Program-made: the position numbers and the translations under genes
Source: Mobula birostris
Taxonomy: Eukaryota
Reading direction: 5' to 3'
Assembly (NCBI RefSeq): GCF_030028105.1
Contig: NC_092374.1
Span: 177,778,057-177,842,056, forward strand
Length of the DNA stretch: 64,000 bases
Shown here: in pieces, positions 35,750-49,611 of the stretch
How positions within the stretch are numbered: the stretch's first letter is position 1
How the letters are laid out: each line of letters begins with the position of its first letter
The notes under the pieces: generated by a model
The model's input: the letters and a program-made list of their open reading frames with translations, nothing else
What the model was told of the DNA's origin: nothing
The model's database searches: none

Positions 35750-36590
35750 AATTGGTGGAGGGTCAGGTGGTGTTGAAGGACTTAAACAAATCAAAAGAAC
35801 GGGCAAGAAATTGGTAAATGAAATACAATGTTCGAAAATGCATGATCATGCACTTTGGTAGTAGAAATAAATTTCCAGACTATTTGCTAAACGTGGAGAA
35901 AATCCAAATACCAAAAGAACTTGGAAATCTTTATGCAGAATACGGTAAAATGCGACTTGCAGTTGAGTGCGAGATGAGGAAGGCAGATGTAATGTCGGCA
36001 TTCATTTCAAGAAGTTTTAAATGCAAGAGCGAGGATGTAATGCTGAGGGTTTATAAGGCACTGATGAGGCCGCACCGTGAGTATTTTCATCAGTTATTGC
36101 CTCCTCATCTAAGATAAGGTAGGCTGGCATTGCAGAGACTCTAGAGGCGGTTTATAGGGATGATTCTGGAAACGAACAGGTTTTCATACGAGGAACGATT
36201 GATGGCTCTGTGACTCTACTTACTGGAATTTACAAATATGATGAGAATAGGATGTTTCCCATGGCCGGTGAGTCTAATACAAGAGGGCACAGACTCAGGA
36301 TAGAGGGGCGATCATTTCAGAGTGAAGCGGAGAAATCTTTATTTAGCCAGAGTCTGGTATATTTGTGGTATTTGATACGACAGGCAGCTGTGGAAGCCAG
36401 GTCGTTGAGTGTATTTAAGGCAGAGATTGATTAGTTCTTGTTTGGACATGGTATCCAAGGTGAGGGGGAGACGGCCGAGAAATGGTGTTGAGGACAGGAA
36501 GAAAAGGATCAGACATGATTAAGTGTCATTGCAGACACGATGGACCCAATGGCCTAATTCTGCTCCGATGTTTTATGGTCCTCTGAATAC
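35750..36590 (+). mobile_element. Old CR1 3' fragment
   Basis: MKYNVRKCMIMHFG, VMLRVYKALMRPH, TRGHRLRI; CR1-like 3'UTR. Confidence 0.85.
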
Positions 36591-36694
36591 CTATGAGAAT
36601 AATGAAGAAATGAGCTAATATAATTGATAGAGTGTCTATGTAACTAGGATAATGCATGGGAAAGGCGAGGAGAAAAGAGAGAAAGACTATCTAC

Positions 36695-39600
36695 TGTAAC
36701 GTGATCGGCAACAATGAATTATCAATTGAAGCAGGTTTTATAAACAAACATAAACGTTTATTAAACTCTGCTCAACAAATAGCGAAAAGTATTCCGTGAT
36801 TAACTTCCCATTCCTCACTTGCAGGAACTGTAGGTGATCGCCACTTCCTCATTAATAATTCCTTTTCAAAATAATATCCTAATGGCACCTTCTCAATTTC
36901 ACTATCTGGAAGAGCTTGGTCGTTTAATTTGATAATATCAGGGTATCTACTCTGATCTGCTATAATATCCTTCCGAGATAAAGATAAATCTTCATGTCAG
37001 ACTTACTACAATAATCTTGTCAAACAATGAAGGTAAGAAAGTTTCTGACACATCCTTAAAATTTGAACCCCGAGTTGAACAGTCATGGGTAACAGACCCA
37101 TCCTGCACATCAATCTTTTTAACCATAGATTGGGTTACAACACAGGAAGAAATTGTGTTAGAATCCATCTTTGTTTTCTCGGAAATGGGCTTTATTGTCA
37201 AATGCACTGCAGGAAAAACGTGTCCATCTGCTATGTTATTTCCTAACAACAGAAAAACATCATTCACGGGCAAACTGGGTTGTAGTCCTACTTTAACAGG
37301 CCCTGTAATTAACCCTGACCTTAAATTTACTTTATGCCAATGTACCGGCATAAGGGCACTCCCAACTGCTCGTATATAGCTTACCGCACCAATGTCAGAC
37401 TCATCACTAAACTTTAGAACACTGTCTAATATTTGTGATTGAGAAGCTCCAGTATCTCTGAGTATTTTTATTGACACAGGAGTGGATCCCTCTTGCAAGG
37501 ATACAAATCCCTCCATTATAAAATGTTCATATGCCCTCTTAACCTGGTCAGACTCTAACGAAACTTCATTTGTATTTATCGAACTCTGTGGATTTACAGG
37601 AGTTTCAATCTGCTGCACACAAGCATCCGGGTCTGCTTCCTTCTCTTTGTTTTTCAATCAATAGCAGTTAGCTATTACATGCCCAGGTTTATTACAATAA
37701 TTACAAATAGGACCAGAATATCTTTCCTTCACGTGACTCCCTTCATTCCTACCTTTCTCACTAATTTCTGATCTAATTTCTGGTTTACCTTGACTCTCTG
37801 TGCTATTATTCCTTTTAAAAGTTCTACCTGGAGAATATTTACTCTTATGAATTCAAGCATACTCATCAGCTAATTTAGCAGACTCCTGTAATGTATCAGT
37901 GTCCCTCTCATTTAAGTATGCCCTTACTTCAGCAGGATTGTTCCTTTTAAATTCCTCCAGTAAAATCAACTCTTTTAATTTATTATACTCCCCATTCACA
38001 TTTTTAGAGGAAACTCATCTCTCAAAACGCACAGATTTATCGTAGGTAAATTCCACGTAAGTTTTGTCCACGGATTTCTTCAAATTTCTAAATCTTTCTC
38101 TATAAGCTTCTGAACCAGTTCATACCCTTTCCGTATATGCTGCTTCACAATATCATAATCAAGTGCCTGTTCAGCAGTTAAAGCTGTACACACTTGTTGT
38201 GCCTTACCTCTAATTATACTTTGTAACATCACTGGCCGTTGATCTTTCGGCCACCCTGAACTCAAAGCATCAATTTCAAAATGTTGGAAATATTTGTCTA
38301 CTTCTATCTCATTAAACGGAGGAGGCAAAATAACTTCTCGACAAGCAAAAAACTGTTTGATAGAAACAGAGGACTGATTTTCCATCCTTAATTTCTCCAC
38401 CTCCAACTCAAAATTCCTCTGCTTATTAGCTTCTGTTTCTTTAAATTCCGTTACTTTATTTGCCTCTCTTTCGGCAATTTCCGCTTTAAATTGTTCAAAA
38501 TTTATCTGTTCAAGATGTAACTGCATTTCCAGTTTACTCATTGGAAACCTCCCTAAGACCTCATCCTCAACCTTTCCCGAAATTTCCCTTGCTCCGCGAT
38601 TTTCTCTGAATTTCGGGTTTCGTTGTAACCTTCGTATTTACTTTAAGATTCCAACTTTCTAGCAATCTCGGATACATCACTCTTTCTCGCCTTCGCACAT
38701 AACTCGGGGTCCGGAGATTCCATAAAGTCGTCAATATTCATTGCTGCCGAATATCACCCACAGACCAATCAAACAAAAGAACTGGGTATTTCCCTTTTCC
38801 AAATCAAATGATAATTAAACAAGCACTTAAGCTCAAAATCGGAAGATCCCGGGCGAGCTCCCAGTTTATGTCACTTGATCGGAATCAATGAATATAAATT
38901 GAGGCATGTTTTATAAACAAACATAAACATTTATTAAACTCTGTTCAACAAATAGGGAAAAGTATTCAAGCGACTAACTTAACCGGAAGTTAACTGCTAT
39001 ACAGAAACTCTCGAACAGCTCTTTAAAGGGTAAATACGAAAACAGTTCTTAAAGTGGTAAATTCGAATGTCCAAGCAATCCACACAGTCAATAAGGATGG
39101 ACTTCTCTGGAAACAGATTTATTCAAACACGTGACGTTACTGCTGATTCTCCAAAGGATTCATGATGAAGGAAATAATACGTGTTAAAGGAACTGACCTT
39201 TTCCTGGCAAGCAGACACTGCAGAACTTCCCTGCTCTTGCAGGAGGTATCTCAGATGCAGGTCGCTATATTGTGAACGAATCCTCAATAAGGTCGATCCT
39301 TTATAAAGACGCCGAACGACTCAAACTTTATTCCGATCCTTCAGGTTCCCGTCCTTTAATAAAGTCTTCTCTCTCCAATACTACAGTCAAGGGAAGATTA
39401 TAGATGCAACACGCAAACCTGGCAGCAATTGGCGAACTGCCAGCACCAATCTTTGCACCTTAAAATAGAAAAGAAAGCTCCGTTTCAAAACGAAACTGCG
39501 TCATAACAAATACGCAGCATAACGGTGTAGCTAACGAAGCAAACAACAACTCAACTGAAACCAGACTAAATACTAACTGCGTCACACCAGGGGTCTCTGT

Positions 39601-39728
39601 TATATACCTGTTATGAACAGGTCATCATGTGACCTCACACTGGCGGGAAAATTACATCATGCGACCTCCACAGGACTATTACATCATGCTCATAAGACAG
39701 TCACAAGATACCCACGGGGAATCTAACA
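36695..39728 (-). mobile_element. Internally deleted Gmr1-like Gypsy LTR retrotransposon (5' LTR 38869-39728; gag, CCHC knuckle, protease; 3' LTR remnant 36695-36806)
   Basis: TG...CA termini; 4-bp TSD CTAC (36691-36694 and 39729-39732); the LTR remnant aligns with 38869-38980; gag PPFNEIEVDKYFQHFE, knuckle CNYCNKPGHVIANC, protease ILRDTGASQS, then LMRKWRSP..EEWEV. Confidence 0.9.
38846..38863 (-). promoter_or_regulatory. Primer-binding site complementary to tRNA-Pro
   Basis: TGGGAGCTCGCCCGGGAT, 5 nt from the LTR end; 16/18 match to the canonical tRNA-Pro PBS TGGGGGCTCGTCCGGGAT. Confidence 0.88.
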
Positions 39729-40750
39729 CTACGCATTGATGGGAGACAGAAAGGATGACAGATTGTTTGGATTACGTGACATTGGAAAACGATATCTTCA
39801 TACCAGAGAGTAGTTGGCCACGCAACTGGAATATGAGGGGTTATGGAATTATTATTTTTTTAAAACATCCTTGCACTTTTGCTCATTCTGATTCCTGGAC
39901 TGCTTACTGAACTGCGAGGAAACACAATATCGGAATGAACAGCAATCCACATTTGAGAGGCAACGTTAACGTTCCCGTGACCTTGCAGTTAAATTAAGAA
40001 TTTCGCAATTCCATTTTTCTTCTCCTTTTGTTTTCATCCCAGCAACATCTTTTTCTGCTTCAGATTTCCAGCGGTTCTTCTTTGGTCTAACAGAGGGATC
40101 TCATGGCCACAGCAAAGCTTTCGTTTTCCCTCCTCCTATTTTCAGTTACCTCATACTAAAATATCTGCGATCAACTATTTAATTTCTCTTAATTCTGAAG
40201 AATACAATCAATATGAAATATTAATTGTTCCTCTCTCCATAGAGGCACAGCACTAGATGTATTTTAACTATTCTTTCACTTCCAAATTTTTCTTTTTTTC
40301 TTTTAGCTAAATATAGTAGTCTTTATCTTAACATAACCTAAATATCTAATGACAGCATTGGTGGGAGAGTTACTTTGTTCCCTGGACTGAGAAACAAGAC
40401 TTTCATCAGAAGCGTCAAGCTGACACCCACCACATTTGCTTAAAAACCATCACGGTGAATACAAATTTTGATAATTCACCATAGAATTAGAAATATCAGT
40501 AATAATTGAATCGAATAAATATGCTATCGCTACCTGTTCTGTGTGCATGCAGTATTCCTGAGTCATAAGTGAATTTTTTCAATTCTGTGAAACAAAAATG
40601 TTTGTTCAAGAAGCTATGAATAATTTTGTTGTTCTCTCACTCGCCGAATTCACTAGAGGATTCGGTTTGCGCGTGTTTTAATGAAAATTTGTGCAGAGCT
40701 ACTTGCTCATACTCTCCCAGGTTTGCAGCCCTTACTGCGATTCTTCTGGA

Positions 40751-42465
40751 ATGGGAAGGCCTCTAATTCTATACGTGAAGGAGATTTGCTATCCGATACT
40801 AGCGACGTTTGGCATCCCGGGTAAATTTGCCTATACCTTTCATTGGGTTGCTGCACTGTATCAAGGTTATCAAGGGCTCTGTGATCTNNNNNNNNNNNNN
40901 NNNNNNNNNNNNNNNNNNNNNNNNNNNNNNNNNNNNNNNNNNNNNNNNNNNNNNNNNNNNNNNNNNNNNNNNNNNNNNNNNNNNNNNNNNNNNNNNNNNN
41001 NNNNNNNNNNNNNNNNNNNNNNNNNNNNNAGCGGTAAGGTTTAATAGAAACCTGATCAGCATATGCGAATAGATTGTTGCTGGATTCTTCTGAAGGGAGC
41101 CGAGTTTTTGCCTCGTATTAGAAGGCGGAAGGATATGTTTCTGCGCTGCATGACATTATTTTTGGCAATGAATTTCTCACAATGCAGCCTGCTATGTTGT
41201 TATCAGAAGCCCTTTTATTAAGCTTTATTAGCTTTATTTGTTACGTGCATCGAATCATACAGTGCATAGTGTCCTTTGAGTCAACGACCAACACAGTGCA
41301 TGCAGAATGCTGCCCACAAGCGCTGCCATGTTTATTGCGCTCATAAGAGCTCATAACTTACTAATCCTAACCCTTAATTCTTTTTCATGCTGCCTCATAA
41401 TGAATGTTGTTGCTTTCTTGAAAAACACTTCGACAGAATGCCTGCAGTAATTTGTCTCCATATTTGTTAACGTGAAGCTAGCCTCGTTCACCACTGACAC
41501 ATTTGGCGGTTGTTTAATTGGTCATTATGTTGCTTACTTTCTTTCTGGTTCTTTCAGCGAACGTGGTGACGGCTGTGATACTCTACCGGGGAAAGTGCGG
41601 TCTCTCCAAAGGAATCACGCGGTACATGATGGCGATGGCGATCTCAGACCTGTTCGTGCTCATTGTTCACGTGTTACTCCGAGAAATCTACACTTACTAT
41701 ACACCTGGTTCTTTCCCCTCCCTCAGCGCAGTGTGCCGTTCATATGTACACTTGCGACTCCACAGCCTAGACTATTCCGTCTGGCTAACTGTGTCCTTTA
41801 CCTTTGACCGTTTTGTCAGCATTTGCTGTCCAAAAGTGAGGCACAGATATTGCACGGAGAGGACGGCCACCGTGGTGATTGTGCTTTTGTGCATGCTGAG
41901 CTGCTTAAAATACATTCCCTTTCACTTCATGTACGAGCCTAGTTACACCATTGACAACGTGAACTGGGGGTGTCGGCCGAAATCCGTATACTTCACCTCC
42001 AACTGGTGGGTGGCTTTCACCTGGATGTGCAGCATATCTGTGTCGTTACTCCCCTTCGCTATCATTCTTCTCCTTAACGGACTGACGGTCAGACACATCA
42101 TAGTAACCAGCAGGGTCCGACGTCGCCTAAAGGGCCAGGATGGTAAAGACAGCGAGACAGAAAGTCGGCGCAAGTCCATAGTTTTACTCTTCACAGTTTG
42201 CGGCACTTCAGTACTACTCTGGGCGACGGCATCGGTAACTAACATCTGTACTCGAGTCACAATTAACTTTCAGGGCAAGGATCTCACAAGTCCCTCTACT
42301 GTAGCCAATGAAGTGGGAATACTGCTTATGCGTGTAGGCGTAGGAGCCAACACGTGTATCTACGCAATGACCCAAAGTAAATTCAGACAGGAGCTGAAGA
42401 ACGGGATTAAAAGTCTAAATTGTTTCAGCATTATACCTATGTATCGGACATGGCAGTCAGCCTAA
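40751..42465 (+). CDS. GPR139/GPR142-like GPCR, gene A copy 2; exons 40751-40820 and 41558-42465; 325 aa
   Basis: Same splice sites as copy 1; translated protein identical in the ORF track. Confidence 0.92.
40888..41029. other. 142-nt run of N in the gene A intron (copy 2)
   Basis: Directly visible. Confidence 0.99.
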
Positions 42466-42505
42466 AGCTGGAGACCGACTAGAAGACTGACACAGTTTAT
42501 CGTAT

Positions 42506-43221
42506 TTCAAAGTCAAATAAATTGATTATCGAAGTACGTATGTCACCATATACCGCCCTGCGATACATTTTCTTGCAGTCAGTCACAATGGATCAAAGAA
42601 ATACAGTGGAATTAATGAGAAACTGCACATAAAGAAAAACTGATAAACTCTGTAAATCCAAAAAAAGAAACAAGTATTAGTAATAATAAATAAATTTTAA
42701 AGAATGATATCGAGAACGTAAGTTGTAGACACCTTGAAAATTAGTCCATAAGTTGCATTCAATGATTATTCTAGTGTTGTGGTGTGTGAGAATGTCTGTG
42801 CTGGTCCAGGGCTCTTTCTGTTCCTATAGTTTGTGGTGTGGTATCTAAGGCTCGTATACATTCCTCCTGATGGTAGCAGCAAGAAAGGAGTTTAACCCAG
42901 ATGCCGGGTGTTTTTGATGAGCACTTGCTTGCTTGTGGCAGCACTCTTTGATCAACTGTGGTCATAGCTGTTTCCTGTGATGAATTGGCCTGCACCACCC
43001 AATTGCTGTATTTTGTTTCTCTTTAGGCATTGGTGTTTCCATATTAGAGAATGTTGCAACCAGTTAGGATGCTCTGTCCAGGAACCTTCCCCAGCCCTGA
43101 CGAAGGGTCTCCGCCCGAAACATCGATTATACTCTTTTCCATAGATGCTACCTGCTGAGCTCCGCTAGAGTTTAAGTATGCTGCTTGGATTTTGAGCATC
43201 TACAGATTTTCTCTTGCTTGC
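42506..43221. mobile_element. Copy 2 of the Rex/L2-like 3' fragment and the adjacent Penelope pLTR fragment
   Basis: Duplicate of 3047-3762. Confidence 0.55.
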
Positions 43222-43433
43222 AAGTTCATCTACCTTTTTTTATATGTTGTGTGCATTCAGATGGGACACCTTTAGTCCTGTATTCACCCTTTTCTATTTT
43301 GACTGCCTTGTAACTCTTCGCAATTTCTTCTGTTGACTGCAATGTTGCACTATCAACTTTCTTCCTCACTTCACATTGCTCTGTTTGTAAACCAGCTACC
43401 TAATCTTCAGCGCTATGATCTGCCTTTCCTATG

Positions 43434-44738
43434 ATACTTTTTGATTTGAATATACAGATTTTAATGGTAGATTTTTAATTATTAAAGGAGTAATCTGTAA
43501 CAGAAAAGTTGTTCTGGTCAATTTGTACGGTCCTAACTTAGATGATCCTTCTATTTTACGAAATGTATTTGCATTACTGCCTGATTTAAATGAATATATG
43601 TTGATAATGGGCGGAGATTTTAACTGTTGTTTAAATGCTTTGATTGACAAGAGCTCAACCAAATCAGCGACTTCCAAATCGCTCCGCATCACTTATTAAC
43701 TCCTTTTTAACCGATATTGGATTGATTGAACATGGAGATATTTATACCCTGATGACAGGGAATATTCTTTTTTTCACATGTTTGTAAAAATATTCGAGGA
43801 TCGATATATTATAGTCGATCCTCGCTTCTTGCCTAGTGTTAAGAACTGTGAATATGACGCTATTGCAATATCTGATCATGCACCTCTGTGTTTGTCTTTC
43901 GAATTTGATGATGTCATTCTTGCCCGCCCACCATGGCGTCTGTGTCAGACACTACTGCAGAACACCGACTCTGTCAGCTTCATTGAAACCAAGATAAAAG
44001 TTTTTTTTCTTTCTAATGATATAGGGGGGACGTCTAACTTAATTATATGGGATATTTTTAAAGCATTTTTACGTGGTCAGATCATTTTTTATTTCTCTAA
44101 GCTTAAAAAACAGACTAAAGTAGAATTAGATAAGATTTCAAAACAAATTAAAGACTTAGATAATATTAATACGAACCCCCCCCCCCCCAATAATGATTTA
44201 TTCAAACAAAGGTTGGAACACCAATCACAATATAAGTTACTAAGCTAAAGAGACAATTTTATATGTTTGGAGATAAAAATTAACAAACTGATTCCACTTC
44301 AATTAAAAACGGCCAGAGCCAAAAGACAAATTTTGAAAATCCGTAGGAAAGATGGTACCCTGCTTTGGAAATATGAAGAAATTAATAGGGTTTTTCAAGA
44401 TTTTTATAATGAACATTATAAATCTCAATTTCCAGTAGATTCTTCTAAAATGAATGCTATCTTACGAAAGATTGCTTTTCCTCACGTTTCGGTTGAATAT
44501 CAATAAAATATTGATGTCCAAATTACTGAAGCCGAAATTCATAAAGCTTTTTTTTCAATGCAATCTGTTAAGGCCCCTGGACTTGATGGCCACCCTGTAG
44601 AAATTTATAAAAAATTTGGAAAAATGCTTTCTTCGTATACGTTGGAAAAGTGTAAGGACTCTTTTGAGAAAGGTGATTTACCCTCTACTTTTTATGAGGC
44701 TTCTATTTCTTTAATTCCTAAAAAGGAAAAGGATCCTA
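43434..44738 (+). mobile_element. L1-clade ORF2 fragment, copy 2
   Basis: Duplicate of 3975-5277 (poly-C tract 13 vs 11). Confidence 0.88.
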
Positions 44739-47700
44739 CGTGCTACGTGCCAGTGAGGGTAGGAATAGGATGCTCTGGAGGATGAACAAGTGGCTGAGGA
44801 ACTGGTGTAGGGAGCAGGGTTTCAGATTTCAGGATAATTGGGACTTCTTCTGGGGCAGGTGGGACCTATACAAGAGAGACGGGTTACACTTGAACTACAG
44901 GGGGACCAATATCCTTTCAGAGAAGTTTGTTAATGCTATTGGGGGGGCTTTAAACCAGATTTGCAGGGGGATGGGAACCACAGTACCAGAGATGACAGTG
45001 TGGCTGGGGTGAAAATAAATGATGTTAAAAGTTCAAGCAAATCCGCTAATAGAAAGGTTGTGACTGGTGGTAAAATTCTTCTGAGGTGTATATATTTCAA
45101 TGCAAGCAGTATTGCGGGGAAGGCGGATGAGTTGAGCGCGTGGATTGACACGTGGAATTATGACGTTGTAGCAATTAGTGAAACTTGGCTACAGGAGGGG
45201 CAGGACTGGCAGCTTAATATTCCAGGCTTCCGATGTTTCAGATGTGATCGAGGCAGAGGAATGAAAGGTGGGGGAGTGGCATTGCTTGTTAGGGAAAATA
45301 TTACAGCAGTGCTCAGGCAGGACAGATTAGAGGGCTCGTCTACTGAGTCCTTGTGGGTGGAGCTGAGAAACAGGAAAGGTATGGCCACAGTAGTGGGATT
45401 GTATTACAGACCACCCATTAGTCAAAGAGGATTGGAAGTGCAAATCTGCAGAGAGATAGCAGGCAACTGCAGGAAACATAAAGTTGTGGTGGTAGGGTAT
45501 TTTAATTTTCCATACATTGATTGGGTCTTCCATACTGTTAGGGGCCTAGATGGTTTAGAGTTTGTAAAATGTGTTCAGGAAAGTTTTCTAAATCAATATA
45601 TAGAGGGAACAACTAGAGGGGATGCAATATTGGATCTCCTGTTAGGAAATGAGTTAGGACAAGTGACAGAAGTCTGTGTAAGGGAGCACTTTGGTTCCAG
45701 TGATCATAACACCATTAGTTTCAACTTGATCATGGACACCGATAGATCTGGTCCTAGGGTTGGAAAAAGGCCATTTTTGAAGAAATGAGAAAGGATCTAA
45801 AAAGCATGGATTGGGACAGGTTGTTCTCTGGTATGGATGTGATCGGTAGGTGGGAAGCCTTCAAAGCAGAAATTTTGAGAGTGCAGAATTTGTATGTTCC
45901 TGTCAGGATTAAAGGCAAGGTGAAGAGGAATAAGGAACCTTGGTTCTCAAGGGATATTGCAACTCTGATAAAGAAGAAGAGGGAGTTGTATAATTTGTAT
46001 AGGAAGCAGGGAGTAAATAAGGTGCTTGAGGAGTATAAGAAGTGCAAGAAAATACTTAAGGAAGAAATCAGGAGGGCTAAAAGAAGACATGACGTTGCCT
46101 TGGCAGTCAAAGTGAAGGATAATCCAAAGAGCTTTTACAGGTATATTAAGAGCAAAAGGATTGGAAGGGAGAAAATTGGTCCTCTTGAAGATCAGAGTGG
46201 TCGGCTATGTGCGGAACCAAAGGAAATGGGGGAGATCTTAAATAAGTTTTTTGCGTCTGTGTTTACTAAGGAAACTGGCATGAAGTCCATGGAATTAAGG
46301 GAAACAATTAGTCAGATCATGGAAACTGTACAGATCGAAAAGGAGGAGGTCCTTGCTGTCTTGAGGAAAATTAAAGTGGATAAATCCCCGGGACCTGACA
46401 GGGTGGTCCCTCGGACCTTGAAGGAGACTAGTGCTGAAATTGCAGGGGCCCTTGCTGAAATATTTAAAATGTCGCTGTCTACAGGTGAGGTGCCGGAGGA
46501 TTGGAGAGTGGCTCATATTGTTCTGTTGTTTAAAAAATGATCGAAAAGTAATCCGGGAATTTATAGGCCAGTAAGTTTAACGTCGGTAGTAGGTAAGTTA
46601 TTGGAGGGAGTACTAAGAGACAGAAGCTACAAGCATTTGGATAGACTGCGACCTATTAGGGAGAGTCAACATGGTTTTGTGCGTGGTAGGTCATGTTTGA
46701 CCAATCTATTGGAGTTTTTCGAGGAGGTTACCAGGAAAGTGGATGAAGGGAAGGCAGTGGATATTGTCTACATGGACTTCAGTAAGGCCTTTGACAAGGT
46801 CCCGCATGGGAGGTTAGTTACGAAAATGCAGTCGCTAGGTATACATGGAGAGGTGGTAAATTGGATTAGACATTGGCTCAATGGAAGAAACCAGAGAGTG
46901 GGGGTAGAGAATTGCTTCTCTGAGTGGAGGCCTGTGACTAGTGGTGTGCCACAGAGATCAGTGCTGGGTCCATTGTTATTTATCATCTATATCAATGATC
47001 TGGATGTTAATGTGGTAAATTGGATCAGCAAATTTGCTGATGATACAAAGATTGGAGGTGTAGTAGACAGTGAGGAAGGTTTTCAGAGCCTGCAGAGGGA
47101 CTTGCACCAGCTGGGAAAATGGGCTGCAAAATGCAAATGGAGTTTAATACAGACGAGTGTGAGATATTGCACGTTGGAAGGACAAACCAAGGTAAAACAT
47201 ACAGGGTTAATAGTAAGGCACTGAGGAGTGCAGTAGAACAGAGGGATCTGAGAATACAGATACAAAATTCCCTAAAAGTGGCGTCACAGGTAGATAGAGT
47301 CGTAAAGAGAGCTTTTGGTACATTGGCCTTTATTTATCAAAGTATTGAGTATAAGAGCTGGAATGTTATGATGAAGTTATATAAGGCATTGGTGAGGCCG
47401 AAACCAGAGTATTGTGTTCAGTTTTGGTCACCAAATTACAGGAAAGATATAAATAAGGTTGAAAGAGTGCAGAGAAGATTTACAAGGATGTTACCGGGAC
47501 TTTAGAAACTCAGTTACAGAGAAAGGTTGAATAGGTTAGGACTTTATTCCCTGGAGCGTAGAAGAATGAGGGGAGATTTGATAGAGGTATATAAAACTAT
47601 GATGGGTATAGATAGAGTGAATGCAAGCAGGCTATTTCCACTGAGGCAAGGGGAGAAAAAAACCAGAGGACATGGGTTAAGGGTGGGTGGGGGGAAAGTT

Positions 47701-47958
47701 TAAAGGAAATATTACGGGGGGCTTCTTCACACAGAGAGTGGTGGGAGTGTGGAATGAGCTGCCAGACATGGTGGTAAATGCGGGTTCTTTTTTTAACATT
47801 TAAGAATAAATTGGACAGATACATGGATGGGAGGTGTATGGAGGAATATGGTCCGTGTGCAGGTCAGGTGGACTAGGCAGAAAACGGTTCGGCACAGCCA
47901 AGAAGGGCCAAAAGGCCTGTTTCTGTGCTGTAGTTTTTCTATGGTTTCTATGGTCTCT
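44739..47958 (+). mobile_element. CR1 LINE, copy 2
   Basis: Duplicate of 5278-8497. Confidence 0.95.
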
Positions 47959-48484
47959 AACCTTTCATTTGAAGCATCTTAACTTCAGCGTATTTATTTT
48001 TCAAGGCCTCAAGTTGTAGCAGTGTTACAAACTGTAACAATAAACACAGAAGCGGAAATCGATAACTCATTATTAATGAACCAGACTTAAATCAGACACT
48101 CGGTACCTTGTCGTTGGGCATTGGTTCCACACCATCGGCATTGCACATGGCCCATAGGCAGAGTATACCTCTCCTTAACCGCCCAGAAACATGACGTCCC
48201 TTCTATATAAGTGGACACGATATTAACTCTGTTTCCTATATTTCCTGTACAATTGCCCGCCAAGTACTTTAGCAGGAATGACAGAGGAACCCTGGAGTAA
48301 AGCCATCGACCATTCCATCCACCTTCAGATCGAATAGATCATCCATCACAATAACCGCTGTTTGCAATCAAAATCCGCCAACAAACAAAACTTTCTATTT
48401 TCTCTCGGATCAGCCTTACAAGGAGATTTATTTCTTTGTCATTTCGTGTTCGGCCCTGCCAGCTACAACATGCATAATGCCATA
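47959..48484 (+). repeat. Dispersed repeat X in unit copy 2
   Basis: Duplicate of 8498-9023. Confidence 0.85.
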
Positions 48485-49611
48485 GATTTCCGTAGGTTCA
48501 CCACCATCCGGCTAAAGAAACCCACCCTCATCTCCGATCTAAAATGACGCACATCTATGTTGACGCTCCGTCCACTGGTCCTCGTTTTCTTTCCATAAGA
48601 ATTATCCTCTCCACATCCACTCTATCAAGGTCGTTTACCTGGTGTTCTTCTGAATGCAGTCGCGGAGCTACCAAAAGGTCTTCATATGACAAGTCATTCT
48701 CACTTGGAATCATTTTCCTGAACCTCCTTTGAAACATCTCCGGTTTCAGCACATTGTTTCTAAAATAAGTAACTTAAAATTGCTCTCAATACTCCAGGTG
48801 TGGCATCGTCTGTGCTTTATGAAGTCTCAACATTACGTCCTTGCTTTTGGATTCTATTCCTCTTGAACTCAACGGTAACATTGCATATACCCTCCTCACC
48901 ACAGACTGAACCTGCATATTAACGTTTAGGAAATCCTACGCAAAGCCTCCCGTGTCCCGTTGCTCCTCGTTGTTTTCTGCATTTTCTCTCCATTTGGAAA
49001 ATAATGAACCCTTGAATTTCTTCTACCAAAGTGCATGACCATACACGCCCAACAATGTATTCCATATGCCTTCTTTGCTCATTCTCCCGAAATGTCTACG
49101 TCCTTCTGTAACCTGTATACGACATCATATTTACCGCCTACTCCACCTATCTTATAGTCTGCACACATGCAATAAAGTCATCAATTCCACCATCCAATAA
49201 GTGGCATACAACGTAAAAAGAACCGGCCTCAACACAAACCCAACTGAATCACCACCAGTCACAGGTAGCCAACCGGAAGTGGCTCCCTTTATTACCATTC
49301 TTTGCCACTTTCCAGTCAGATTGCAACTGGTTTATCATGCTGGAATCTTTCCTGTAAGAGCATGGGCCGTAGCTTGTTAAGCAGCCCCATCTGTGGCACC
49401 TTGTCAAAGACCTTCTGAAAATCCAAGTACACGACATCAACTGATTCTCCTTTGTCTATCCTGGGTCTTATTTCTTCAAAGAATTCCAGCTGATTTCTCA
49501 GGTAAAATTTTTCCAAAGAGAAACTATACTGACTCTGACCTATTTAATATGTGGTTCTAAGTACCCTGAGACTTCATCTGCAATAACTGAATCGAACATC
49601 TTCCTTACCAT
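48485..49611 (-). mobile_element. Old CR1 fragment, copy 2
   Basis: Duplicate of 9024-10150. Confidence 0.85.
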
